64,000 bases of DNA from the NCBI GenBank assembly GCA_963665815.1, contig OY762463.1, positions 2,176,001 to 2,240,000 on the forward strand. Direction: 5' to 3'. Position 1 is the first letter of the stretch, and each line of letters starts with the position of its first letter. Origin of the DNA: Candidatus Cloacimonadales bacterium. GTDB taxonomy: Bacteria > Cloacimonadota > Cloacimonadia > Cloacimonadales > JAIOQZ01. The notes below the pieces were generated by a model that saw only the letters and a list, made by a program, of their open reading frames with translations, searched no databases and had not been told where the DNA came from. Shown piece by piece: positions 1 through 9,798 of this stretch. Both the position numbers and the translations under genes were made by a program.

Positions 1-193
1 GCTTTCTACCAGTAATCTGCTGAAGGTCTTTAACTGCAAAGTCAAGGATAGCCTTATTCGCTACAGCTTCACCAACCCCCATGCTGATGATTATTTTTTC
101 CATTTTAGGAATCTGGTTTACATTAGAAAATCCGAAATGTTTCATGAGAGCAGAAGCAACTTCATTTTTGTATTTTTCTTTAACACGATTCAT
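1..193 (-). CDS. rplE: 50S ribosomal protein L5 (5' part, runs off window)
   Basis: Manual translation MNRVKEKYKNEVASALMKHFGFSNVNQIPKMEKIIISMGVGEA...; AAGGAG RBS; follows rplX. Confidence 0.96.
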   Translation of the reverse strand, partial: MNRVKEKYKNEVASALMKHFGFSNVNQIPKMEKIIISMGVGEAVANKAILDFAVKDLQQITGRK

Positions 194-203
194 TGATCAC
201 TCC

Positions 204-524
204 TTAAATCTCATCTCCGGTTTTTTTACAAACTCTAACTCTGGAGTCGCCGGCTTTTTTAAAGACGGCACGAGTTGTTTCACCGGTTTTCTCATTAAAC
301 AATTTTACGTTAGAAACATGGATTGGAGCTTCTTTCTCAACGATTCCACCTTGTGGATTCTGTTGATTAGGACGCACATGTCTCTTAATAAAATTAACTT
401 TCTCAACGATAACACGTTGATCTTGAGGGAAAGCCTTAAGGACTTTACCCTTAACACCTTTGTATTTACCGGAGATTACGACAACTGTGTCACCTTTTTT
501 GATTCTCATTTTAGTATGTGTCAT
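204..524 (-). CDS. rplX: 50S ribosomal protein L24
   Basis: [19 protein letters not shown] motif, [15 protein letters not shown]. Confidence 0.97.
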   Translation of the reverse strand: MTHTKMRIKKGDTVVVISGKYKGVKGKVLKAFPQDQRVIVEKVNFIKRHVRPNQQNPQGGIVEKEAPIHVSNVKLFNEKTGETTRAVFKKAGDSRVRVCKKTGDEI

Positions 525-533
525 CATTGTCTC

Positions 534-902
534 CTATAATACTTCCGGAGCCAGAGAAACTATTTTCATGAAATGTTTCTCACGCAATTCTCTTGCAACA
601 GGTCCGAAAATACGAGTTGCAATAGGTTCATTTCTTTCATCTATCATTACTGCCGCGTTATCCTGGAAGCGAATATAAGATCCGTCTTTACGTCTTACAG
701 CTTTAGCTGTTCTGACAACAACTGCTCTTTGAACAGCTTTCTTTTTAATCTTACCACCCGGGTTAGCTGCTTTAACTGCAACAACGATTATATCACCCAC
801 AGTAGCATACTTCAAGCCGGATCCACCAAGAACTTTGATACACATTGCTTTTTTAGCACCAGAGTTATCTGCTACAGTCAACATAGTTTGTGCTTGTATC
901 AT
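534..902 (-). CDS. rplN: 50S ribosomal protein L14
   Basis: [29 protein letters not shown]. Confidence 0.99.
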   Translation of the reverse strand: MIQAQTMLTVADNSGAKKAMCIKVLGGSGLKYATVGDIIVVAVKAANPGGKIKKKAVQRAVVVRTAKAVRRKDGSYIRFQDNAAVMIDERNEPIATRIFGPVARELREKHFMKIVSLAPEVL

Positions 903-913
903 TTACGTTCTCC

Positions 914-1180
914 TTATTTTGTTCTCTCAATTATCTTAGAAACAGTCCAGCGTTTGTTTCTACTTAAAGGTCTGCATTCCATAATCTGAACAGTATCGCC
1001 AATATTGCAATCATTGTTCTCATCATGAGCTTTGAACTTTTTGTGTTTACTTACAACTTTTTTGTAAAGCGGATGAGTAAACTGTCTTTTCACTCTGACA
1101 ACAACGGTCTTGTCCATTTTATTGCTTACTACTTCACCAATTTTGGTTACTTTGTTTGCTCTTTTCATTTCTGCTGCCAT
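914..1180 (-). CDS. rpsQ: 30S ribosomal protein S17
   Basis: [31 protein letters not shown]. Confidence 0.98.
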   Translation of the reverse strand: MAAEMKRANKVTKIGEVVSNKMDKTVVVRVKRQFTHPLYKKVVSKHKKFKAHDENNDCNIGDTVQIMECRPLSRNKRWTVSKIIERTK

Positions 1181-1377
1181 TATGACCTCTTCTGTAATCT
1201 TTCTGTCTGGAGTGTTTTAATTCTGGCGATATCTTTCTTTAAATCTCTGATCTTATGGCTGTTTTCAAGCTGATTCATTGATTTCTGGAAACGGAGATTA
1301 AAAATCTCTTCACGGATATCATCCAGTTTCTGAACTAATTCTTCTTTGCTGAATTCTCGAAGTTCTGTCATTTTCAT
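1180..1377 (-). CDS. rpmC: 50S ribosomal protein L29
   Basis: [26 protein letters not shown]; synteny. Confidence 0.97.
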   Translation of the reverse strand: MKMTELREFSKEELVQKLDDIREEIFNLRFQKSMNQLENSHKIRDLKKDIARIKTLQTERLQKRS

Positions 1378-1793
1378 ACTTCAACTCCATCTCTTGCAAC
1401 TAATTTAGTTTTAATTGGCAGTTTGTGTCCTGCAAGTCTGAAAGCCTCTTTAGCTGTTTCAAGATCAACTCCGTTAATTTCAAACAGGATTCTTCCCGGT
1501 TTTACAACAGCAACCCAATATTCAGGAGCACCTTTACCTTTACCCATACGAGTTTCAGCTGGCTTCTGAGTAACAGGTTTATCAGGGAATATTCTTATCC
1601 AGACTTTACCTTTTCTTTGCATAGTACGAGTTAATGCCACACGAGCAGCCTCAATCTGACGACTTGTAATCCATGCATCTGTTACAGCTAACAGACCGTA
1701 ATCACCGAAATCGACATTGCAGCCACGGTAAGCAAGACCAGTTCTGCGGCCTCGCATTTGCTTTCTATGTTTTACTTTTCTTGGTGCTAACAT
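1374..1793 (-). CDS. rplP: 50S ribosomal protein L16
   Basis: [19 protein letters not shown]. Confidence 0.99.
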   Translation of the reverse strand: MLAPRKVKHRKQMRGRRTGLAYRGCNVDFGDYGLLAVTDAWITSRQIEAARVALTRTMQRKGKVWIRIFPDKPVTQKPAETRMGKGKGAPEYWVAVVKPGRILFEINGVDLETAKEAFRLAGHKLPIKTKLVARDGVEV

Positions 1794-1821
1794 TGATATC
1801 TCCTTAATCTACGAAAGATTC

Positions 1822-2466
1822 TTACAGAATCTCTCCCCTGTAGATCCATACTTTAATTCCAATGATGCCATATGTTGTTTCACATTCAGTTAAAGCATAA
1901 TCAATATCTGAACGCAGTGTATGAAGAGGTGTTCTACCTTCCTGATATCTTTCGGTTCTTGCCATTTCAGCTCCACCGAGACGACCGGAACATTGAACTT
2001 TGATTCCTTCAGCACCATCTCTCATCGCATTTCTTAATGCAACTTTCATAGCTCTTCTGAAAGATACTCTCTGATTCAATTGACGAGAGATTTCTTCACC
2101 AACGAGCATTGCATCAGTCCATGGTTTCTTGATTTCGTGTATATTAATGAAAACACTCTGATTAATATTTTTACCTTTGTTAACCAGAATGGTTATTTCG
2201 TTTCTTAGACTTTCTATTTCTGAACCTTTTCTACCGATCACCTGTCCCGGACGAGCTGTATGAATATCAATGTTGATTGAATTCACTTTTCGGTATATAT
2301 AGATTCTGGAAACCATAGATCTCTGAAGTCTGTTTTTGAGATATTTTCTAAGCTTCAGATCTTCCATGAAGTTGTCTACATATGTTTTACCTGTCGCAAA
2401 CCAGACAGATTCCGTACCTTTGTTAACTCCCACTCGGAAAGCAATTGGATTAATCTTTTGTCCCAA
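1822..2466 (-). CDS. rpsC: 30S ribosomal protein S3 (TTG start)
   Basis: GQKINP, HTARPG, SGRLGGAEMAR, PLHTLR. Confidence 0.98.
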   Translation of the reverse strand: MGQKINPIAFRVGVNKGTESVWFATGKTYVDNFMEDLKLRKYLKNRLQRSMVSRIYIYRKVNSINIDIHTARPGQVIGRKGSEIESLRNEITILVNKGKNINQSVFINIHEIKKPWTDAMLVGEEISRQLNQRVSFRRAMKVALRNAMRDGAEGIKVQCSGRLGGAEMARTERYQEGRTPLHTLRSDIDYALTECETTYGIIGIKVWIYRGEIL

Positions 2467-2475
2467 GAATTCCTC

Positions 2476-2817
2476 CTATTCCTTATCGTCAGAAATTCCG
2501 AGAGTTATGTGGCATGATCTGCGTCTGATTATTGTCGCTCTGCCATGTGCTCTCATTCTATATCTTTTCATTATTGGACCGTCATCAGCCATTGCCTGAT
2601 GTACAGCCATGTTATCGATTTCGGCTTTACCTTCTTTAACTGTGGCATTAGCAATTGCTGCATTAAGCAGTTTTGCTATGTCGTGCGCTACTCTTTTCTT
2701 TGAAAAAGTAAGAATATTCTGAGCTTCCTGTACACTCTTACCACGGATTAAATCCAGTACCAGTCGTGCTTTACGGGCTGAGCCTCTTAAGTTTTTTACT
2801 CTAGCGAAAGCTTCCAT
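2476..2817 (-). CDS. rplV: 50S ribosomal protein L22
   Basis: SARKARLVLDLIRGK, AIANA, RAHGRA. Confidence 0.98.
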   Translation of the reverse strand: MEAFARVKNLRGSARKARLVLDLIRGKSVQEAQNILTFSKKRVAHDIAKLLNAAIANATVKEGKAEIDNMAVHQAMADDGPIMKRYRMRAHGRATIIRRRSCHITLGISDDKE

Positions 2818-2832
2818 TATAACCCCTTACTG

Positions 2833-3108
2833 TTATCTACCTTTTTTCTTTTTATCTTTATGACCACGATAGGTACGAGTTGGAGAGAATTCACCAAGCT
2901 TATGTCCTACCATATTTTCTGATACATACACCGGTACAAACTTTCTTCCGTTATATACTGCAAAAGTATGTCCAATGAAATCAGGAATGATAGTAGATCT
3001 TCTTGACCATGTCTTTATAACTGCTTTCTTACTTTCATCATTCAATTTTTCAACTTTAGTCAAAAGATGATCATCTACGAATGGTCCTTTCTTTATTGAT
3101 CGAGCCAT
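2833..3108 (-). CDS. rpsS: 30S ribosomal protein S19
   Basis: [26 protein letters not shown]. Confidence 0.99.
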   Translation of the reverse strand: MARSIKKGPFVDDHLLTKVEKLNDESKKAVIKTWSRRSTIIPDFIGHTFAVYNGRKFVPVYVSENMVGHKLGEFSPTRTYRGHKDKKKKGR

Positions 3109-3124
3109 GTTATTCCTCCGTCAA

Positions 3125-3958
3125 TTACTTCTTCTTCTTCTTGGATTTAATAATATACTGATCTGAATACTTACGTTTTTTACGAGTTTTTCCGCCTTTA
3201 GCAAGAACACCCCATGGTGATACAGGATGACGTCCACCGGAAGTTTTACCTTCACCACCACCCATTGGGTGATCAACAGGGTTCATTACAACACCACGAA
3301 CAGTAGGTCTGATCCCAAGCCATCTTTTACGTCCGGCTTTACCGTAAGAAATCAGGTTGTGTTCAATGTTTCCTACTTGACCGATTGTTGCAAGACATTC
3401 TTCTCTAAGTAAGTATACATCATTCGAAGGCATTTTTACATGTACATATCCATCTTCTTTAGCAACAACTTGTGCAAAAGCACCGGCACTACGTGCAATC
3501 TGTCCACCTCTTCCCGGTTTGAACTCAACGTTGTGAACTGTTGAACCAAGAGGAATCTTAGCGAGCGGCATTGCATTACCGATTCTGATTGAAGCTTGAG
3601 GTCCGGACATAACCTGATCACCAACATTGAGTCCAACAGGAGCAAGAATATATCTTTTTTCACCATCAACATAGTGTAATAAAGCGATTCTGGCACTTCT
3701 GTTTGGATCGTACTCAATTGTTGCAACCTTTGCAGGTACATCATGCTTATTTCTCTTGAAGTCAATGATTCTGTAATGACGGCGATGTCCACCACCTCTG
3801 TGGCGACATGTGATACGACCGTGGTTGTTACGGCCGGCTGTCTTTCTCATTGGCTCAAGTAATGATTTTTCAGGTGTTGACGTTGTTATTTCTTCGAACG
3901 TATATCCTGTTTTATAACGTTGTGTCGGGGTAATCGGTCTATATTTTTTAATTCCCAT
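3125..3958 (-). CDS. rplB: 50S ribosomal protein L2
   Basis: [34 protein letters not shown]. Confidence 0.99.
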   Translation of the reverse strand: MGIKKYRPITPTQRYKTGYTFEEITTSTPEKSLLEPMRKTAGRNNHGRITCRHRGGGHRRHYRIIDFKRNKHDVPAKVATIEYDPNRSARIALLHYVDGEKRYILAPVGLNVGDQVMSGPQASIRIGNAMPLAKIPLGSTVHNVEFKPGRGGQIARSAGAFAQVVAKEDGYVHVKMPSNDVYLLREECLATIGQVGNIEHNLISYGKAGRKRWLGIRPTVRGVVMNPVDHPMGGGEGKTSGGRHPVSPWGVLAKGGKTRKKRKYSDQYIIKSKKKKK

Positions 3959-3969
3959 TCTTTACTCCC

Positions 3970-4257
3970 TTACATTTCAAAGTCAGGTATATTCTGACCT
4001 TCTTTCAAGGTCACAATTGCTTTCTTCCAGTCAGGACGTTTACCACGAATATATCGTACTCGTTTGTTTTTTCCACGCTGGTTGATTGTGTTTACTCTGA
4101 CTACGTCTACAGAAAATATTTTTTCTATTGCTTTTTTGATTTCAATTTTGTTAGCATTTACACTTACTCGGAATGTAAAGCTGTTAAATTGAGTTCTTGC
4201 CTGAGTTGATTTTTCAGTAACCATAGGTGCAATTACTATTTCTCTTGGATGTTTCAT
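3970..4257 (-). CDS. rplW: 50S ribosomal protein L23
   Basis: PMVTEKS, ANKIEIKKAIE, WKKAIVTL. Confidence 0.98.
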   Translation of the reverse strand: MKHPREIVIAPMVTEKSTQARTQFNSFTFRVSVNANKIEIKKAIEKIFSVDVVRVNTINQRGKNKRVRYIRGKRPDWKKAIVTLKEGQNIPDFEM

Positions 4258-4889
4258 TTTCCGAAAACCTCCTCAACTTTTTTCAGAGCACTTTCTGTAA
4301 TAACTACATTATTACAGTTAAGTACTTCATAAGCATGAACACAATCAGCTCTGTCCATGAAGATTCCCTGGATGTTGGAGAATGATTTAACAATGCTTGT
4401 ATCACTTCCATCAACGAGAATCAGACTTTTTTTATCGCTTAATCCGATTTTGTTTAATAATGCTATAGCTTCTTTAATACTTGGTTTGTCGAATTTCAAA
4501 TCTTCGATTACAGATACTTTTCCATCTCTTGCACGATTTGTCAGAGCAACTTTTAAAGCCAGTCTTTTCTTTTTCTTAGGAATCGGTGTGTACCAATCTT
4601 TTGGGATTGGTCCAAATGCGTTACCGCCACCAACTCTAACTACTGTACGTCTGTTACCAACACGAGCATTACCTGTACCTTTTTGACGGAACAGCTTACG
4701 TCCTGATCCTTTTACATCTGATCTGAACTTAACTGCTGCTGTTCCCTGTCTTTGATTTGCACGGTACATCTTTACAACTTCATATATCAATGCATGAGGG
4801 TTTTTAGCTTCTACATCGAAAATGTTCTGAGGTAATTCAACCTTGCCGATCTGATCACCTTTGCTTGAATATTTTGTAGCTTCTACCAT
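4254..4889 (-). CDS. rplD: 50S ribosomal protein L4
   Basis: RQGT, RQKGTGNARVG, GGGNAFGP; ATG at 4889 with GAGG RBS. Confidence 0.97.
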   Translation of the reverse strand: MVEATKYSSKGDQIGKVELPQNIFDVEAKNPHALIYEVVKMYRANQRQGTAAVKFRSDVKGSGRKLFRQKGTGNARVGNRRTVVRVGGGNAFGPIPKDWYTPIPKKKKRLALKVALTNRARDGKVSVIEDLKFDKPSIKEAIALLNKIGLSDKKSLILVDGSDTSIVKSFSNIQGIFMDRADCVHAYEVLNCNNVVITESALKKVEEVFGK

Positions 4890-4901
4890 TTTCAACCTCT
4901 A

Positions 4902-5525
4902 CTAAATCTCTTTCTTAAGATACACAATACTGTTACGGTGTCCCGGAATTGCTCCCTTAACCATAAGCAAATTGTTTTCTGTATCTACTTTAACAATTCT
5001 AAGATTCTTTACTGTAATTTGTTCAACACCTTTATGTCCGGCCATTTTTTTACCTTTCATAACTCTTGCCGGTGTTGCACACTGACCGATTGATCCGGGA
5101 CCACGATATGATTCATGAACACCATGACTCATTTTAAATCCTGAAAATCCGTGTCTTTTCATTACACCTGCGAATCCCTTACCCTTTGATACACCTTCAA
5201 TAGTTACAAGCTCATTTTGTTGGAACATTGACACATCAAAAGTTTCGCCTTCTTCAATATCAGTATACATTTTAAGACGGAATTCTTTTACGAATCTGTA
5301 CATTTTACTGTTATGCTTTTTAAAATGATTTACTTGAGATTTCCTTAATTTTCTTTCCTGAATCTCTTCATATCCGAGCTGAACTGAATTATAACCTTCT
5401 TTTTCAACAGATTTTCTCTGAATTACTGAACATGGACCAGCTTGAATTACAGTTACAGGAATCACTTGACCGTCTTCATTAAAGAACTGAGTCATCCCAA
5501 GTTTTTTACCTATTAATCCGATCAT
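4902..5525 (-). CDS. rplC: 50S ribosomal protein L3
   Basis: GKKLGMTQ, SKGKGFAGVMKRHGF, VKGAIPG. Confidence 0.98.
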   Translation of the reverse strand: MIGLIGKKLGMTQFFNEDGQVIPVTVIQAGPCSVIQRKSVEKEGYNSVQLGYEEIQERKLRKSQVNHFKKHNSKMYRFVKEFRLKMYTDIEEGETFDVSMFQQNELVTIEGVSKGKGFAGVMKRHGFSGFKMSHGVHESYRGPGSIGQCATPARVMKGKKMAGHKGVEQITVKNLRIVKVDTENNLLMVKGAIPGHRNSIVYLKKEI

Positions 5526-5536
5526 CTTCAGCTCCT

Positions 5537-5848
5537 TTAAGTCTTAATCTCTACGTGAACACCAGCTGGAAGACTGAGCTTCTTTAGTGCACCGGTTGTT
5601 TGAGGTGTAGGATTAACGATATCGATAAGTCTTTTGTGAACCAGCATCTCAAATTGATCCTGTGACTTCTTGTTCACGTGTGGTGAACGGAGTACAGTAT
5701 AAAGAGATCTTTCAGTTGGAAGAGGGATAGGACCTTTAACTCTTGCACCTGTGTTTCTTGTACTTTCAATAATTTCAGCAACTGATCTGTCTAAAAGACG
5801 ATAATCGTAGGCTTTTAATCTGATTCTGATACGATTTGCTTTAGCCAT
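5537..5848 (-). CDS. rpsJ: 30S ribosomal protein S10
   Basis: [39 protein letters not shown] favours ATG at 5848. Confidence 0.98.
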   Translation of the reverse strand: MAKANRIRIRLKAYDYRLLDRSVAEIIESTRNTGARVKGPIPLPTERSLYTVLRSPHVNKKSQDQFEMLVHKRLIDIVNPTPQTTGALKKLSLPAGVHVEIKT

Positions 5849-5859
5849 CATGACCTCCA

Positions 5860-7053
5860 CTAGTCATCAATTACATCACCGACAACGCCAGCGCCGATAG
5901 TTCTTCCACCTTCACGAATAGCGAAGCGAAGACCTTTCTCCATAGCGATCGGAGTAATAAGTTCTACGTCTACTGTTACGTTATCACCTGGCATTACCAT
6001 TTCTACACCTTCTGGTAATGTAAGACTTCCTGTAACGTCTGTTGTTCTAAAGTAAAACTGTGGGCGGTAACCGCTGAAGAATGGCTTATGTCGTCCACCT
6101 TCATCTTTGGTTAATACATAAGTTTCACCTTTGAACTTTGTGTGTGGAGTGATGGATTTTGGCTTAGCAAGTACCATTCCACGCTCTACATCGCTCTTAG
6201 CCATGCCGCGAAGAAGAATACCTACGTTATCTCCAGCTTCTCCTTGTTCAAGAATCTTACGGAACATTTCTACACCGGTACATACTACTTCTACTGTTTC
6301 GCGGATACCGATACGTGACATCTTTTCTCCCATCTTGATTACGCCACGCTCAATTTTACCTGTCGCTACTGTTCCACGACCAGGAATTGAGAATACGTCC
6401 TCAACAGGCATTAAGAATGGTCTGTCTGTATCACGCTCTGGAAGCGGTACATACTCATCTACTCTGTCCATCAGTTCTTGAATCTGTGCTTCACCTTCAG
6501 GATCTGCATTAAGAGCTTTCAAAGCTGATCCCATTACGATTGGAATATCGTCGCCTGGGAAATCATATTCTGATAATAAGTCTCTTACTTCAAGCTCTAC
6601 AAGTTCTAATAATTCTTCATCATCTACGAGATCGCATTTGTTAAGAAATACTACCATTGCTGGGACTCCAACCTGACGCGCAAGAAGGATGTGCTCTCGT
6701 GTCTGAGGCATTGGACCGTCTGCTGCACTTACTACAAGTATAGCGCCGTCCATCTGAGCTGCGCCGGTAATCATGTTCTTTACATAATCCGCGTGACCTG
6801 GACAATCCACGTGTGCGTAGTGACGGTTGTCTGTCTCATACTCTACGTGTGCTGTTGCGATGGTAATACCACGCTCACGCTCTTCCGGTGCGTTGTCAAT
6901 ACTGTCGAATGATCTGAATTCTGCAGCTCCACCCTTTTTCTTACTCAGATAAAGAGTTATTGCTGCTGTCAATGTTGTTTTTCCATGATCAACGTGGCCT
7001 ATTGTACCAATGTTGACATGAGGTTTCGTGCGAACAAATTTTTCTTTCGCCAT
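5860..7053 (-). CDS. tuf: Elongation factor Tu
   Basis: [29 protein letters not shown]. Confidence 0.99.
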   Translation of the reverse strand: MAKEKFVRTKPHVNIGTIGHVDHGKTTLTAAITLYLSKKKGGAAEFRSFDSIDNAPEERERGITIATAHVEYETDNRHYAHVDCPGHADYVKNMITGAAQMDGAILVVSAADGPMPQTREHILLARQVGVPAMVVFLNKCDLVDDEELLELVELEVRDLLSEYDFPGDDIPIVMGSALKALNADPEGEAQIQELMDRVDEYVPLPERDTDRPFLMPVEDVFSIPGRGTVATGKIERGVIKMGEKMSRIGIRETVEVVCTGVEMFRKILEQGEAGDNVGILLRGMAKSDVERGMVLAKPKSITPHTKFKGETYVLTKDEGGRHKPFFSGYRPQFYFRTTDVTGSLTLPEGVEMVMPGDNVTVDVELITPIAMEKGLRFAIREGGRTIGAGVVGDVIDD

Positions 7054-7074
7054 TGTTCCTCCTTAAAGATCTAA

Positions 7075-7099
7075 AATCTCCGAACAACAAGCGGAGATT
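7075..7099 (-). promoter_or_regulatory. Hairpin in tuf-S10 operon leader
   Basis: AATCTCCG-N9-CGGAGATT perfect 8-bp stem just upstream of the tuf RBS; TTGACA at 7156-7161 (minus). Confidence 0.5.
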
Positions 7100-7297
7100 G
7101 AATTTTGAAATACAATATTTCTTGTGATTGCCGAAAATCCACATACCTGTCTTTATGTCAATTTTTTTCTATTTTTTTATCCAATATTATGTAATTTTAA
7201 CATTTTTAAGCATTTAACCTTTAGTGAGATAGACTAATACTTTGTTGTATAAATTAATTTTTCTGTACATCATCATCTGCTTTTTTACTATTGTGAA

Positions 7298-8473
7298 ATG
7301 GTAAACAAAATATATAAAAATGTTAACAAAATCATCAGAAAAAATCTTCTACCTGATCCGTATTTTGGTGCTAAATATGCCTGTAGTCCTTATGCATCCT
7401 GCCTGCATGCCTGTAAATACTGCGATGGTAGAGCTGAAAAGTATCATGTTGAAGGTAATTTTGAAAAAGATATTACTATACGGAAAAATTTTGTTGAAAT
7501 TTTTTCAAAGGATCTTGCAAATTTACGAGAACCCGGTACAATTTCCTTTGGGTCAGGTATAAGCGATCCTTATCAAGTTATAGAGGAAGATGAGGAATTC
7601 TTCCGAGATTGTATACCTCTATTGTATGATACTAACCTTTCATTATCATTCATGACAAAATCATCACTTATATTAAGAGATATCGATATACTTACTCCCC
7701 TTGCAGAAAAAGGTAAGCTCCAAATCATGGTTTCGATTGCCCATATTGACGATACTATTCGAGAACTTTTCGAGCCCAATGCTTCACCTATCAACGAAAG
7801 ATTTGAAATACTGCAGCGATTCAAGGAAATTGGAGCATACACCGGCGTACTTGCAATGCCTTTTCTTCCTGGAATATCAGATTCTCGTGAATCAATAGAA
7901 GCTTTGCTAAGAGCTTCAATAAAAGCAGGTGCTGATTTTGTTATGCCAGGTGGTTTGACTCTTCGACCCGGTAGGCAGAAAGATATGTATTTATCCGTTA
8001 TTGAAAAGCATTATCCAGAGTTATCAGGACTTTATACAGAGATGTACAGTGAGGAACGGCTTTCGGGAGGACCTTCGAATATTTATCAAAAATCCTTATC
8101 CGAAAAATATTGGACTCTCATTGAAAAGTATGGTATTAATTCACAGGTTGAGCATCGATTTTACAGGTCAAATTATGCTCTGTATGATGAAATCTTTATT
8201 CTATTAAATCACATGAAGAATATATACATCAATTCAGATAGAATTAACATCTTAAAATCAGCATACAAGAAATATTGTCACTGGTTACAGACTGAGAAGA
8301 AGAAGTTTAATAGACAACGTTCTCTTAAATACACTCAGTTAGAGGATATGACAAAGTACGCATTGTTTGAGAAGAAAATCATCTTTAATAATGATAGACT
8401 TATTAATTTTTTGTTAGAAGCAACATCCAAAGATCACTTTTTTGATTATCGCAGTAGATTATTAACGAGCTAA
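7298..8473 (+). CDS. Radical SAM protein (Rv2578c/SPL-like family)
   Basis: SPYASCLHACKYC CxxxCxxC motif, SDPYQ, TKS, PFLPGISD. Confidence 0.88.
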   Translation: MVNKIYKNVNKIIRKNLLPDPYFGAKYACSPYASCLHACKYCDGRAEKYHVEGNFEKDITIRKNFVEIFSKDLANLREPGTISFGSGISDPYQVIEEDEEFFRDCIPLLYDTNLSLSFMTKSSLILRDIDILTPLAEKGKLQIMVSIAHIDDTIRELFEPNASPINERFEILQRFKEIGAYTGVLAMPFLPGISDSRESIEALLRASIKAGADFVMPGGLTLRPGRQKDMYLSVIEKHYPELSGLYTEMYSEERLSGGPSNIYQKSLSEKYWTLIEKYGINSQVEHRFYRSNYALYDEIFILLNHMKNIYINSDRINILKSAYKKYCHWLQTEKKKFNRQRSLKYTQLEDMTKYALFEKKIIFNNDRLINFLLEATSKDHFFDYRSRLLTS

Positions 8474-8509
8474 TAAAAAAAGACCTGCTGAATCAGCAGG
8501 TCCTTCTTT
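8474..8509. terminator. Bidirectional intrinsic terminator between radical SAM and pilC
   Basis: A-tract + GACCTGCTG-AAT-CAGCAGGTC + T-rich tail between convergent genes. Confidence 0.8.
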
Positions 8510-8528
8510 ATCTAATAGTATAATCAAC

Positions 8529-9782
8529 TTATTTCATACCTGAACTCATAGCAAGACCGAGGTTGAAAACCGGAAGGTAAATTACAATAATAATACCACC
8601 GACAACAACAGCCATGATAATAATAAGTACTGGCTCTATAAGTGATGTTAATCTTTCGATAACTGAATCCACAAGTTTTTCGTAGAATTCAGCTGCTTTC
8701 ATTAACAGAGAGTCCATATCCCCTGTTTCCTCACCAGTACTGGCAAGCTGAAGCAGAGTTGATGGGAAAACACCTGTTTTCTTGAAAGCTCCTGAAACAC
8801 TATAACCTTCTTTCACCATAACCTGTGATCTAACGATTGCATCACTGATTACTGCGTTTTGAACAACGTTTTGTGAAAGTTTCATAACTTCCATAATCGG
8901 TACACCGGCACCCATAAGGATACTGAAAGTTCTGGCGAACTTACTCATTACTGAGTTAAGCTTCATACTCCCTACAACAGGAAGTCTCAGATTAATCGTA
9001 TCCATAATGAACCGTCCCCGGTCAGTAAGATATATAAGGTAAAGTGAAACAATGAATGCTAAAATTAAAGAAATAGTTATAACCCAGTGAGTTCTTACCC
9101 AGTCTGAGACTGCAATAGCAACCAAAGTTGGTGCCGGAAGGTCGGCATCGTATCTGGAATACACTTCTGCAAACTTAGGTATTAACCAGTAGAACATAAC
9201 TCCGATGATAACAGCGAGGAAACAGAGAATAAATATAGGATAAACCATTGCTGAGTTAACCTTTCTCTTCATATCTTCAATACGTTCCAGATAATCTGCA
9301 AGGTCTGTGAGTACAGTATGCAGTGTACCGGAAACTTCCCCTGCTTTCACAAGAGAAACGTAAAGAGCGTTGAAAACACCTGGGTGTTGTTCCATTGCTT
9401 CAGAAAGGCTGAAACCTTTTCTGATATCATCATTCATTTTTTTAAGCACTCTTTTGAATTTTACATTTTTTTCTTCTTTTTCAAGATCGCCTAAGGATTT
9501 TTCAATAGTAAGACCTGCAGAAAACATCGTAGCCATCTGACGTGTGAAGAAAACAATCTGTTTCAAACTTACACCGGTTCTCCATTTGTAGAACTCAAGC
9601 ATAAGTCTGTCAAAGAGAGTGTCTTTACCGGCGAAAGCACTTTCAGCAGCACTTTTCACCGAGATAATAGTTGCACCTTCTTTAGTCAGCTTTTCTACAG
9701 CTTCGTCAAGACCACCGGCTTTAATGATACCTTCAAGCCTTGCACCTTTTGCATCTTTGATTATATAAGCAAAATTTGCCAT
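8529..9782 (-). CDS. pilC: Type IV pilus inner-membrane platform protein PilC (GspF family)
   Basis: FTRQMATMFSAG, AGEVSGTL, GEETGDMD, IYLPVF. Confidence 0.93.
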   Translation of the reverse strand: MANFAYIIKDAKGARLEGIIKAGGLDEAVEKLTKEGATIISVKSAAESAFAGKDTLFDRLMLEFYKWRTGVSLKQIVFFTRQMATMFSAGLTIEKSLGDLEKEEKNVKFKRVLKKMNDDIRKGFSLSEAMEQHPGVFNALYVSLVKAGEVSGTLHTVLTDLADYLERIEDMKRKVNSAMVYPIFILCFLAVIIGVMFYWLIPKFAEVYSRYDADLPAPTLVAIAVSDWVRTHWVITISLILAFIVSLYLIYLTDRGRFIMDTINLRLPVVGSMKLNSVMSKFARTFSILMGAGVPIMEVMKLSQNVVQNAVISDAIVRSQVMVKEGYSVSGAFKKTGVFPSTLLQLASTGEETGDMDSLLMKAAEFYEKLVDSVIERLTSLIEPVLIIIMAVVVGGIIIVIYLPVFNLGLAMSSGMK

Positions 9783-9798
9783 AATCTATCCTTTGGGT

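Noticed and set aside
81-7053. Plus-strand and alternate-frame ORFs over ribosomal genes (and similar short ORFs across the window)
   Set aside because: Shadow ORFs overlapping well-supported genes with no recognisable motifs
7298-8473. Spore photoproduct lyase (splB)
   Set aside because: Only family-level similarity; function cannot be assigned from sequence
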